A stretch of 64,000 nt of DNA from Pyrinomonadaceae bacterium. GTDB lineage: Bacteria > Acidobacteriota > Blastocatellia > Pyrinomonadales > Pyrinomonadaceae. Below are positions 55,598 to 64,000 of this stretch, one piece after another (the first letter of the stretch is position 1; every line of letters starts with the position of its first letter). Below the pieces are notes generated by a model. It made no database searches. It was given only the letters and a program-made list of their open reading frames with translations, and had not been told where the DNA came from. A program made the translations under genes and the position numbers. Location of the stretch: assembly GCA_035571655.1 (NCBI GenBank), contig DATNCH010000290.1:541-64540 (forward strand), read 5' to 3'.

Positions 55598-56257
55598 TTA
55601 TACCGTATTCAAAAAGCCGATCGCGAGGAAGTAGAGGCCGAGGTCGTAGAGACCGAGGGTGTCGAGACTGTTCGCCGGATCGCCCGAGACTTTGCTGCCG
55701 AGCCCGATCGACAAATCCGACATGAACCACAAGGAGCTGCCGAGAAAGATTGGAATCGTCGCCGTCGAGGCGAAGATGTTTGAAATGATCAGCATCGAGA
55801 AGTACGAGACTTCGAGGATGCGTTCGCTTCCCTTCATCATCGGAAACACCCAGCGCAGAACGAAAAGCGCGATGACGACATTAGTGATCGCCAGAGGCAT
55901 TAACGGGCGGCCGGGTAACTGTCGTTGATAACTCAAAATAATGACGCACACCAACGCCAGCGCAAACGCCACGGCGCCAATCTGAAATCCATGCGGCGCT
56001 TTGCGTTCTGGAAGATCGAGAAAGATGTCGCCAATCGCACACAACAGGAAAGCAAGCGCGACGAGTCGTTGGTCCAGGTAAAACGAGAGCCCCGAAAGCA
56101 GCAGCGCCGGTGCTGCTTTGATCACTGCTCGCAATAAATAAGGCAACGGCGTTGACGTTTTGTCCTTCCTGAGTTGGGTGAACACGGCAAGGACGACGAG
56201 CGCAAAGTACACGATCGTCAATCCGGCAGAACCTCTCAGCAGCCAATCGAATGTCAT
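55598..56257 (-). CDS. YhhN-family (lysoplasmalogenase-like) membrane protein
   Basis: 219 aa with about 7 TM segments. LLCAIGDIFLD resembles the YhhN signature. Confidence 0.5.
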   Translation of the reverse strand: MTFDWLLRGSAGLTIVYFALVVLAVFTQLRKDKTSTPLPYLLRAVIKAAPALLLSGLSFYLDQRLVALAFLLCAIGDIFLDLPERKAPHGFQIGAVAFALALVCVIILSYQRQLPGRPLMPLAITNVVIALFVLRWVFPMMKGSERILEVSYFSMLIISNIFASTATIPIFLGSSLWFMSDLSIGLGSKVSGDPANSLDTLGLYDLGLYFLAIGFLNTV

Positions 56258-56278
56258 AGTAGTCGGGCTCCGTGGCAG

Positions 56279-58750
56279 CTAAAACGTTTTCAAAAACTCA
56301 ATGAGCGCGCGTTTGTCGTCATCGCTCAGACCAGGCTCCTGCTCAAACTTATCCGTACCGAAATAATGTCCCCGATTCACGATCAGATCCGGGCACTTAC
56401 TGAATTTCAGCATTGGACCAACCAGCGGACGCAACGCATCCTTCGCTTGCTCGTCCGTCGCGCCCTGCGGCAAATTTTTGAGCGCATGTTTCATGTCCAA
56501 CAAGAGTTGCAAGATGTCGGCATCTCGCTTCGCCCTGTCAACCAACCCCGACGTCGGTGCCAACAAATCGAGATTTGAAAGCAGGCTTACGGGTGTGCCT
56601 TTCGGTAATGGTCCGATCTCGATACCTTCGTCGCTAAAGATTGCCGGAAAGTATTTTGACAGGAACCCGCCCGACCCTTGTAGAAAATCCGGAAGGAAGC
56701 CGGCGCCGACGCGCAGATAACTCTGTTGCGTGGTGCGATCGATCCGGCCCGGTATCTTGTCGCCGAGCACCTCGTCCTTATCACGCTTCTCCGGCCAAAG
56801 CATCTGCTCGATCGAGTTCTGAAACGACCTCATTCTCGCTTCGACGGAAGGGCTCGATTCAAACTGCCCGACGGAGTTGTTCAGCAGATATGGAGCAGTG
56901 GACCATAGGCTGATCAGCGAAGGCGGACGCGTGTAACCACGACCACCCGCAGGCATCATGTACTGGCGTGGCTCACCGGTTATCGGATCGTACCAGGTTA
57001 TGTTGCCCACCGACGGCAGGTCTTTGTACGACTGCGACGAGAAGTTGTCCCAAATGTTGTTGCCGATTGCATTCGTAGCCAGCGGGCTGCACGCGTTTGT
57101 TTGCAGCAGCGTCACGGGAATGCGCAACTCAGTCGAGAGGTAATTGTCTTTCAGAAAATCGTCAGCCAGAACAATCTGCCGCATCTTCTGTTTGAAGTCT
57201 TCGGTCTTGGTCCACTCCCAGTATTTGTTGAAGCAGGTCAGGTAATCTTTGCCGTTACAGCCGCGCACATCGTCGAGGCCAGGCGCGGGCGTCGGAATCT
57301 TGCTCGAGTGGCAGCGCGCACAACGCTCAGCAAAAACTGTCTTGCCACGCGTTAACTGTTCCGGACTTGCGGTGAGATAGCCACTGCCGCCCGGAGCGTC
57401 TTTTAGATAGTGGGGATCGGTGGTCTTAAGAAAAAATTGCGCCACGTTGAAGGTCTGATTTTCGGTAGCGGCAAAGTAACTAGAGTTGTTGCGTGCGTCC
57501 GAGATCTTTATCGGCGAGATCTCTTTCCCGCCAACCAGCGCATTAAAGTGCAGTAACCATTCCTCGCTGAACGTACCGATGTTTATGTAAACACGATTCA
57601 GCGCACCCATCACGCCGACCGAATCGGAGCCGTCTTTGAGAACGCGCGGAGTGTAGACCGTGTCCGGCGCCTGATAGAACTTAGTCAGTGGTCCATCTTT
57701 TACGTAGTCGTTGAGTTGCCGGTTGTCTTTACCTCCGCCCGCAAGCGTTTCCTTGCCCCAGCGGTCGGCCATCATGATGCGCGGTCCCAGGAGATACATC
57801 GCGTTCATCGTGCGCGGATTGTTGATGTTGTCAGTCGAGACGAGAGAAGTGTCGAGAGTTCCCGGACGCGAAGTGTGAAAGAGTTGGAAGACGAAGTTGC
57901 TCGGATCCGCTTCCCAGTAAAAGATTCGATCGATCCAAAAATACTGTGCGCCGACGTTGGAGCTCAGGTTTTCCCACTTCGGGTTCTCCGGATCGGCGGG
58001 TGGTTTTACCGGATTTGGTCCAACATGACAGAACCCGCACGACATACCGACTCGATACGGGCGAACCAGCTCTTTCGAATAATAATACTGGGAATCCGTG
58101 TAGTACTTCTCCGCGTCCCAGCGCGCTTTTGCTGCTTCGTCGAAGTCGGGATTCGGAAAGAGACGCAAGCCGACAATGCCCGTTTCATACCCGTAGTAGG
58201 AACCGGCAGGCACAGTCGTTCCGCGAGCGCCGTATCTCACGCCGGGATACTTTTGTTCGTTTTCGAATGGATCGGGTGGACAATCCGCGCGGCGCTTGTC
58301 GAGCCAAAGACCGAAACGTTCCGGATCTGGACCAGTTGGTTTTTCGAAGCAAGGCGAGTTGACGAGACCGAAATACTCCCAACGATTGTCGCGACTGTAT
58401 TTCGTCAGTTTCGGATGAGACGAGAGTATCTTCAGGAAATCGAGAGCGCCCGCACTCTTGTTGACCAACTTGTCCCAAAGCCTGTCGTTGCCGGCGGTCC
58501 AGACGATCCACGTGTTGCGCCCTTTGATCTCGTCGGGCGTCAACTGAACGCCGCCGTCCATATCGTGAAAGAAGTCTTCGTCCGCTGCCGGAAAGCTCGC
58601 CGGAAGACGGTTTGCGAGGCGCGCTTCGTCGAGCACTTCGCCGGCTTTTGGTTCATGGCCTTTGATTCGTTTGTAGATGACTGCGCCGGCGGCAATCACG
58701 GCGAGGATGATAACGAGAATGATCAGAAAAGGGCGCGACTTGAGAGACAT
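56279..58750 (-). CDS. Membrane-anchored 823-aa protein with two CXXCH haem-c motifs
   Basis: N-terminal TM RPFLIILVIILAVIAAGAVIY. Has CGFCHVGPNP and CARCHSSKIP. I cannot name a family. Confidence 0.6.
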   Translation of the reverse strand: MSLKSRPFLIILVIILAVIAAGAVIYKRIKGHEPKAGEVLDEARLANRLPASFPAADEDFFHDMDGGVQLTPDEIKGRNTWIVWTAGNDRLWDKLVNKSAGALDFLKILSSHPKLTKYSRDNRWEYFGLVNSPCFEKPTGPDPERFGLWLDKRRADCPPDPFENEQKYPGVRYGARGTTVPAGSYYGYETGIVGLRLFPNPDFDEAAKARWDAEKYYTDSQYYYSKELVRPYRVGMSCGFCHVGPNPVKPPADPENPKWENLSSNVGAQYFWIDRIFYWEADPSNFVFQLFHTSRPGTLDTSLVSTDNINNPRTMNAMYLLGPRIMMADRWGKETLAGGGKDNRQLNDYVKDGPLTKFYQAPDTVYTPRVLKDGSDSVGVMGALNRVYINIGTFSEEWLLHFNALVGGKEISPIKISDARNNSSYFAATENQTFNVAQFFLKTTDPHYLKDAPGGSGYLTASPEQLTRGKTVFAERCARCHSSKIPTPAPGLDDVRGCNGKDYLTCFNKYWEWTKTEDFKQKMRQIVLADDFLKDNYLSTELRIPVTLLQTNACSPLATNAIGNNIWDNFSSQSYKDLPSVGNITWYDPITGEPRQYMMPAGGRGYTRPPSLISLWSTAPYLLNNSVGQFESSPSVEARMRSFQNSIEQMLWPEKRDKDEVLGDKIPGRIDRTTQQSYLRVGAGFLPDFLQGSGGFLSKYFPAIFSDEGIEIGPLPKGTPVSLLSNLDLLAPTSGLVDRAKRDADILQLLLDMKHALKNLPQGATDEQAKDALRPLVGPMLKFSKCPDLIVNRGHYFGTDKFEQEPGLSDDDKRALIEFLKTF

Positions 58751-58768
58751 CGTTTACCTCCAAATGGG

Positions 58769-58796
58769 GCCACAAAAAGGCACAAAAGCACAAAAG
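58769..58796. repeat. Family-A half element
   Basis: GCCACAAAAAGGCACAAAAGCACAAAAG, between the DyP stop and the start of the 823-aa gene. Confidence 0.75.
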
Positions 58797-58798
58797 AG

Positions 58799-60298
58799 TT
58801 ATGAACCGACGGTCGCAAAGTATTTCAAAGCTCTGAGACTCGGAAGGAAGAAATAGGCGCCGCCACGCACGGTCACAAACTGCGGCAGATGGTCACGTCG
58901 CTCTCGCAGTGCGTTGTCACGCGGTTGTGAGAACGTGTCTGAAACCGGACAGCCCTGAACGGCTTCGCGGTTACCGAGCAACGGATCGCTCTCTTCACTT
59001 AGACCATCGAACTTCGTCGTATTCATCCACGCGCCCTGCACAAACTCGAACTGCCGGGCGATGTTGGCGTTAAGACAAATGAACTGGAGTCCGCGCTCCT
59101 CTTCATTCGGCGGCTCGGGTTTCAGAGCATCTTCCGGTGATAAACCTGGACCATACTCACGGCCTCTGCGCAGCAAACGGTGAAAACGAGTCGCCGACAT
59201 CAGATCGTCACGCAGGCCTTTGTGACCCAATCCAAGCGTTTGAAGCAAGTGAGAGATCGGTCCCTTCACACGGTTTGGAAAATCTGCGTTGCGCGGGTTC
59301 GCGCGACGCGCGTGGGCTCCGAGCGGACAACGAACGCCGGCAGGATCGGTGTCGTAAAGAAACTGATTGTATGCGCGATCGTTATCATCTTTGCCGACGC
59401 CGTCGATCGGCTTGTTCTGTAACGGTATCAGCGGCGTGCCGTTCAAACGTCGACCCAACATCGCTTCGGCCACATGTGTTCGCTGTTCGGGATTTGAATT
59501 CGCGGCGTGGTCCATGTATCGCCAGAACTCGCGCACGTGCTGCTCGAGTTGGCGAATGACGAGGTAAGTGCCGTTGCGTCCCAGATCTTTTTTGAATGGC
59601 TGGTCCAACGCCGGCAGCAGGTCGGCAGCGCCGCGACTCGACGGATCCAACAACGGGCGATCCGTGTATAGGTTGTACTCGTTTGAGTAGCCGAGCAGAA
59701 ACTCACCCAACGACACCACGTTGCTGTACACAAGCTGATCGCCGGAGGGCTTTCGCTTCTCTTCCCAGTCGACAACCGGCTGGCTGAGTCCATCCCTGAA
59801 GCCAAAAGGCTCGACGTCGTCAAGGTCGCTCGTCGTCAGACGCTCGAGCACTTCGAACGCAACGTCCCAGGACGGACCTTTAAACTGCGCTTCGCACTGC
59901 GCCATCTGACCTTCCTTGCCGTACATCATGATCGCCAGGTGCGGTATGCGATCGGGTCCACCCCAACGCCAAAGGCTTGGATCATTTGGTCCAATGTCGC
60001 CCAGGCGGCGCGAACGGTTCTTCTCGGCCATGCCGAGCAAGAACTCGGGCGAAAATCCATCGATGACTTCACGCGGGACGCCGAGCTTCTCGAGTCCGTC
60101 GACCGTGAAGCCGATTTGCAGGGCTGTCGATGGTGGAGGATCCAACGTGCGTGCAGTAGTCACGTGTGCGGCCAGCAACCACGCTCGTGCCGCAGCGAGG
60201 TCTTTTATACACACGAGGTAGAAGCACGCCTGTCGCATGCTGCCAAAACCAAAGCGCGCCAGTCCTTGAACGTCATCGAAATCGAGCTGCTGCATCAT
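58799..60298 (-). CDS. Dye-decolorizing (DyP-type) peroxidase, long form
   Basis: GXXDG motif FGFRDGLSQPVVDW, proximal-His region GAHARRANPR, plus LLRRGREYG and QFEFVQGAW. No signal peptide. Confidence 0.8.
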   Translation of the reverse strand: MMQQLDFDDVQGLARFGFGSMRQACFYLVCIKDLAAARAWLLAAHVTTARTLDPPPSTALQIGFTVDGLEKLGVPREVIDGFSPEFLLGMAEKNRSRRLGDIGPNDPSLWRWGGPDRIPHLAIMMYGKEGQMAQCEAQFKGPSWDVAFEVLERLTTSDLDDVEPFGFRDGLSQPVVDWEEKRKPSGDQLVYSNVVSLGEFLLGYSNEYNLYTDRPLLDPSSRGAADLLPALDQPFKKDLGRNGTYLVIRQLEQHVREFWRYMDHAANSNPEQRTHVAEAMLGRRLNGTPLIPLQNKPIDGVGKDDNDRAYNQFLYDTDPAGVRCPLGAHARRANPRNADFPNRVKGPISHLLQTLGLGHKGLRDDLMSATRFHRLLRRGREYGPGLSPEDALKPEPPNEEERGLQFICLNANIARQFEFVQGAWMNTTKFDGLSEESDPLLGNREAVQGCPVSDTFSQPRDNALRERRDHLPQFVTVRGGAYFFLPSLRALKYFATVGS

Positions 60299-60308
60299 TG
60301 AAGTTCAT

Positions 60309-60354
60309 CTTTGCGCCTTTGCGAGGAAAACCGTCTCCTCGCCAAGGCGCAAAG
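60309..60354. other. Strong intercistronic hairpin (19-bp stem with 1 mismatch, 8-nt loop)
   Basis: CTTTGCGCCTTTGCGAGGA aaaccgtc TCCTCGCCAAGGCGCAAAG, between the 434-aa gene stop and the DyP start. No T-tract on the coding (minus) strand. Confidence 0.7.
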
Positions 60355-60367
60355 GTGCAAAGTTAAG

Positions 60368-61672
60368 TCATATCAGTGCGAGCCACTGTGCGGCTTCCGC
60401 ATTTGTCATCGACTGTTGGTCGATTCCGTTTCGGATTTGCGAGTTTCTGAACAGGTCGAAGTTGGTGAGACCGCGATGGCCGTTGTACCAGACTTCAGTC
60501 GGTAGTTGGTGACGCCGAATGTAATACTTAAACTGCTGCTCGTTCTTCGCGCCTTTGGAGAACAGCCAATTCGTTTGCGGGTAACCGATTCCGTTACTGA
60601 AAACGACGTTCAGTCCAAATGCGACTTTGTTGATGAAGTCGTCCATGTAACTTTCGAGACTGCCGTCGTAGTTGCTGCAAAATACGAGTCGCTTCTTGTC
60701 GTCGATGTAGACCCAGCGCGCGAAATGGATCGACGGCACGCGCGCGAGATAGCGGCGCGTGTAGACGTGACGCGTTGTGTATTCAATAAGCCACAACAGA
60801 CTGATGAACAACCAGCGGCGGAACAATCCAGGTTTCACACTTCCCATTGCGGTGAATTGATTTGTGACGTCATGGTCCTCGATTTCTGCGAGCCGATGCA
60901 CATGCTCGGCCGAAGGGCGAGGTGCGATCACCGGATCACGCTTCTCGCGACGGCGCAACTGAATCAAAAAGATCGGCAGGTAAAGCAGAAACCACGGCGC
61001 CAGGATCAGCAGCAGCACGGGAATAAAAATGAGGTTCAACAGATTCCTGATGCGCCATCCCAACGGAGCTTTCCTGAGTGATGTCAACGTCAGCCGGCGC
61101 ATGTTTACTTCCTGGCGCACAAACGCCTGGGCAGCGCGACGGATTTCCTCGGGCGAGCCTTGTTGAAATACAGACCCATTCTCAAACATCTGTTTCTGCA
61201 ACACCTGACACAACGTGTTCTCTTCACGAATCTGCTGCATGCTGCGACCAACCCAATTCACGTACATCGTCGCCGGCCGTTGCTCGTGCTGCTTCATCCA
61301 ACGGATCAGGTCCGTTCCCGGAGTAAAGTCAACACAGTACGAAAAGATCCGCTTCAAACCTTCGCCCGCAACGGCGACCATCTGCCGGCGAAAGTCGTCG
61401 CCGTCGCCGTCAAAATCGCCAAGAAACGTCAGGTACGTTGGAAAGTTCTGGCGTGGTAGACCATACGCGACGGTGATGTCGTCGAGCGTCAGATCTTCAA
61501 GGATCAAAATACGCGCAAAGTGCAGTTCTTCGAGCCGTCCGAAAGGAATGATCTCGTTATCGGGGTTCACCGTTCCGGGCGCACGGTTCATTGTCGCGAG
61601 TAAACTGCGCAACTCGTCCGTGCGATTGACGTCGAGCGGTGCGACCACCATGAAACTCGATTGAGGCGTCAT
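60368..61672 (-). CDS. DyP-related protein split by a central double-TM hairpin
   Basis: The N-terminal half has ...IPFGRLEELHFARILIL.... The centre has LLNLIFIPVLLLILAPWFLLYLPIFLI. The C-terminal half has IHFARWVYIDDKKRLVFCSNYDGSLESYMDDFINKV. I see no GXXDG or proximal-His motif. Confidence 0.5.
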   Translation of the reverse strand: MTPQSSFMVVAPLDVNRTDELRSLLATMNRAPGTVNPDNEIIPFGRLEELHFARILILEDLTLDDITVAYGLPRQNFPTYLTFLGDFDGDGDDFRRQMVAVAGEGLKRIFSYCVDFTPGTDLIRWMKQHEQRPATMYVNWVGRSMQQIREENTLCQVLQKQMFENGSVFQQGSPEEIRRAAQAFVRQEVNMRRLTLTSLRKAPLGWRIRNLLNLIFIPVLLLILAPWFLLYLPIFLIQLRRREKRDPVIAPRPSAEHVHRLAEIEDHDVTNQFTAMGSVKPGLFRRWLFISLLWLIEYTTRHVYTRRYLARVPSIHFARWVYIDDKKRLVFCSNYDGSLESYMDDFINKVAFGLNVVFSNGIGYPQTNWLFSKGAKNEQQFKYYIRRHQLPTEVWYNGHRGLTNFDLFRNSQIRNGIDQQSMTNAEAAQWLALI

Positions 61673-61704
61673 ATCGGTATGTAAATTGTGAAGACTTCAG
61701 TCGC

Positions 61705-62148
61705 TTACTGGCTCGGCGGAAACTCCAGAGAGAAATGGATCAGCGGTTTCTCGCCCCAGTAAACGCGTCCCAGATAGAAATTGGGATCGATAAGCCGGAT
61801 CTCATCGCGAATCCATCGCGCGACTAATGAGGTGTCTGAATAGTCGAGCACGATGCACTCTTTGTTGTCGAACCAGCTTGGTCCCTTATAAACCTTGGCG
61901 ATGATCGCGTTGAATCCGAAATGAGTAATACGGTTTCTGAGAACGCCAGCCTGCGCGTCGAATGTCTTTCCCTGCCAGGCAAAGAAGTTGACGAAGTGAG
62001 CGATTTCATCACTGAACTTTGTACCGTTCGCGATGATGGCGGTGCCTTTCGCCTGGCCGTTGGGAATGTCTCCGACAGTGCCGTTACTGAAGAGTTCGTC
62101 AAGTTGGGTGTCAGTCAGGTTGAGTAGTTCCTCAACTGTGTGAGCCAT
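61705..62148 (-). CDS. Hypothetical 147-aa protein (weak GXWXG/DUF4334-like resemblance)
   Basis: aaggagg RBS; FFAWQGKTFD...LGRVYWGEKPLIHFSLE. The assignment is weak. Confidence 0.45.
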   Translation of the reverse strand: MAHTVEELLNLTDTQLDELFSNGTVGDIPNGQAKGTAIIANGTKFSDEIAHFVNFFAWQGKTFDAQAGVLRNRITHFGFNAIIAKVYKGPSWFDNKECIVLDYSDTSLVARWIRDEIRLIDPNFYLGRVYWGEKPLIHFSLEFPPSQ

Positions 62149-62175
62149 ATGAGTTCCTCCTTAAATTGTTGTTAT

Positions 62176-62195
62176 GCCACAAAAAGGCACAAAAG
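62176..62195. repeat. Family-A half element
   Basis: GCCACAAAAAGGCACAAAAG, between the GMC stop and the start of the 147-aa gene. Confidence 0.7.
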
Positions 62196-62216
62196 AGTAC
62201 ATATATTATTATGTGT

Positions 62217-64000
62217 TTAAGCGCCCATTTCGTTTCGCAGAATTACTTCCGCGGCTTTTTCGCCGATCATGTAGATGGCGCTGACGATAAAGAATCCGGG
62301 AATACGCGGAAACACCGACGCATCCACGACGCGGAGTCCTTGTGTGCCGTGAACGCGGAAGTTGCTATCGAGCACGCCGTTTTGTTCGCGCGGGCCGATG
62401 GCACAGGTGCAGGACGCGTGATGGCCCCAGCAGTTCGTGCGGACGAATGTTTTTAATTGTTCGTCGGTCTGAAGCTCACAGCCTGGAATTTCTTCGGTCT
62501 CAATCAATTCTTCCTGCCGAAGCTTGGCTGTCAGTCCGCGCACAAACTGAACTCCTTCAACCACGGCGTCCAGATCCTCTTCGCCACCTTCCTCGAAGTA
62601 GTGAAAGTTGATGTCGGGCGTGTCGAGTGGATTTGCGGAGCGCAGCGTGACGCAACCTTTTCGGTTTCTCGTGTGCGCCTTGAGTATGACCCACGTCAGA
62701 TAGTTAAGACCGCGTGGAAACAGACCGGAATACCCCGGGAAGTATCCTTTGAAGTTCGCCAGCAGGGCCATGCAAAACAGATCGGGAAGACCGTCGGCGG
62801 TTTTTGAACGATTGAATAGCGTGAGGACGGCGCCGTTGGTTGCGTAGACGCCACAGCGTTTCGCCAACCATTCCTGGTACTGCGGATCCGTCGTGTCGAA
62901 CTTTACGTCTTTGAACAGTTGCCAATCGTCTTTCATGCGATTGACGACTGCGACCTCATATCGATCCTGTAGATTCCGACCGACTCCCGGCAGCTCGACT
63001 CGCACGGGAATGTCGTTCTTTTCGAGAACATCGCGAGGGCCAATGCCTGACAGCATCAGCAGTTGCGGCGTGTTGAAAGCACCACCAGCGAGAATCACTT
63101 CGCGCGATGCATGCGCGCGGCGCAAATCGCCAGGCGTGTCGCTGGGTCGCGCGTGTGCTCGATAGAGTCGTTCGCCTTTGAGGTATTCAACTCCGATCGC
63201 GCGGTTCTGATCGTCAAAGAGCACCTTCGTCGCTAATGCGTTGAGTTCGATGCGCAGATGATCGGGATACTTGCACGCAATCTCCAGCACGCGTTCGCGC
63301 GTGCCCGTACGCGAATGATGGCTGGTGGTGAGCGGCGCGTAACGCATGCCGATCGAGTTGTTCTTCACCAGCCGCCAGTCATTAGGATCCAGCTTCCCTT
63401 CTAAAAACCAGCGTATGCGCTTCAACTTCTCGCCGATGTCTTTAAATGCTTCGTGCCCGGAGTCGAGCATTACGCGCTTCAGCGTGCGATTGCGGAGCGC
63501 CGACACCGGTATCGCCTTTTCGGTGCGCAGCCATCCTTTCCAACCGTGACGCGTCGGATTGATTCCGATCTTCGAGAGCAAACGCTGAAACGGCCGGTGA
63601 TGACAGTTCTCGATGCGCTCGAAGTAAGTGCGCATGTTTTCCGACTTCCAACTCGCGTCGCCGGTGAGATCGGCAATGTAGTCCCAGTCGGCGTTGTGCG
63701 GGTAAATCAGGATCATCGCGTTATGGGCCGTGCAACCGCCGAGTGTTCCGGCGCGTGGATACAACACTCCGTCGACGCGTCGCCCATCGTATTCCGCGTA
63801 ATACTTTTTATCCTGTTCTTGTAACTGATCGTCAGCGTAGTGACGCACGAAGAAGTCCCACTTCATCGCGTTGTTTTCCGAAGCGAATGCATGAAACGCA
63901 GGCACGTCGTAGTCGCACGGTATGCGGCCCTCGGCTGATACAGCGTGGCTTGCGTTCTCCTTCGGATCGCTACCGGCCTCGAGCAATAAGACTTTGCGGC
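62217..64000 (-). CDS. GMC-family FAD oxidoreductase, N-terminus cut by the window edge
   Basis: ...KVLLLEAGS at the edge (after the unseen GxGxxG), GGCTAHNAMI, and C-terminal HHASCTCAIGP...VLDSNFRVHGTQGLRVVDASVFPRIPG. The reading frame stays open to position 64000. Confidence 0.85.
   Translation of the reverse strand, partial: RKVLLLEAGSDPKENASHAVSAEGRIPCDYDVPAFHAFASENNAMKWDFFVRHYADDQLQEQDKKYYAEYDGRRVDGVLYPRAGTLGGCTAHNAMILIYPHNADWDYIADLTGDASWKSENMRTYFERIENCHHRPFQRLLSKIGINPTRHGWKGWLRTEKAIPVSALRNRTLKRVMLDSGHEAFKDIGEKLKRIRWFLEGKLDPNDWRLVKNNSIGMRYAPLTTSHHSRTGTRERVLEIACKYPDHLRIELNALATKVLFDDQNRAIGVEYLKGERLYRAHARPSDTPGDLRRAHASREVILAGGAFNTPQLLMLSGIGPRDVLEKNDIPVRVELPGVGRNLQDRYEVAVVNRMKDDWQLFKDVKFDTTDPQYQEWLAKRCGVYATNGAVLTLFNRSKTADGLPDLFCMALLANFKGYFPGYSGLFPRGLNYLTWVILKAHTRNRKGCVTLRSANPLDTPDINFHYFEEGGEEDLDAVVEGVQFVRGLTAKLRQEELIETEEIPGCELQTDEQLKTFVRTNCWGHHASCTCAIGPREQNGVLDSNFRVHGTQGLRVVDASVFPRIPGFFIVSAIYMIGEKAAEVILRNEMGA

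Noticed and set aside
3005-62195. The short repeats (families A, B and C) as CRISPR arrays.
   Set aside because: They are isolated palindromes scattered in separate intergenic regions. They are not regularly spaced direct repeats with unique spacers, and no cas genes are present in the window.

Overview
Everything here was read by eye, with no searches or computation. The 64-kb window looks like a chromosomal segment from a soil Acidobacteria-type bacterium. That taxonomic call is an inference from the gene content: a roughly 1,150-aa CarboxypepD_reg/TonB-type receptor, an ASPIC/UnbV FG-GAP protein, many TPR and PQQ-propeller proteins, and dense intergenic palindromes.

Gene content, left to right:
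- A DUF1111 di-haem protein and a rhodanese lipoprotein.
- A complete System I cytochrome c maturation cluster (ccmABCDEFGHI plus an extra TPR gene).
- A 5.6-kb AT-richer IS1-family cargo transposon (11582..17180). It has perfect 21-bp terminal inverted repeats (TIRs) and a 9-bp target-site duplication (TSD), and it sits inside the signal-peptide codons of a PQQ-like beta-propeller gene.
- copA and an Sfp-type PPTase.
- A TonB-type receptor with GH3 and GH144-like glycosidases, followed by assorted hydrolases.
- FG-GAP, TPR and PQQ proteins, an OPT transporter, a methyltransferase and two GNATs.
- An EEP nuclease/phosphatase, a YcaQ-like glycosylase, proline iminopeptidase, a GAF protein, an amidohydrolase and two M15-like peptidases.
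- A tightly packed minus-strand redox cluster: a GMC oxidoreductase (cut by the window edge), a 147-aa protein, a DyP-related membrane protein, a DyP peroxidase and an 823-aa membrane-anchored di-haem protein.

Most interesting observations:
1. The transposon carries a 95-nt tRNA-like gene with non-canonical 8/4 (or 9/3) acceptor/T-stem geometry and no assignable canonical anticodon arm.
2. The transposon itself, with its frameshifted transposase and cargo of unknown function.
3. The GMC/DyP/di-haem cluster.
4. At least three families of intergenic palindromic repeats plus one large MITE-like inverted repeat. Some of these supply gene termini.
5. A diverged tandem duplication of about 280 bp covering two convergent gene ends.

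Start codons are my own choices wherever the ORF track begins upstream of a plausible signal peptide or inside a repeat. All family assignments come from motif recognition and need a database check.
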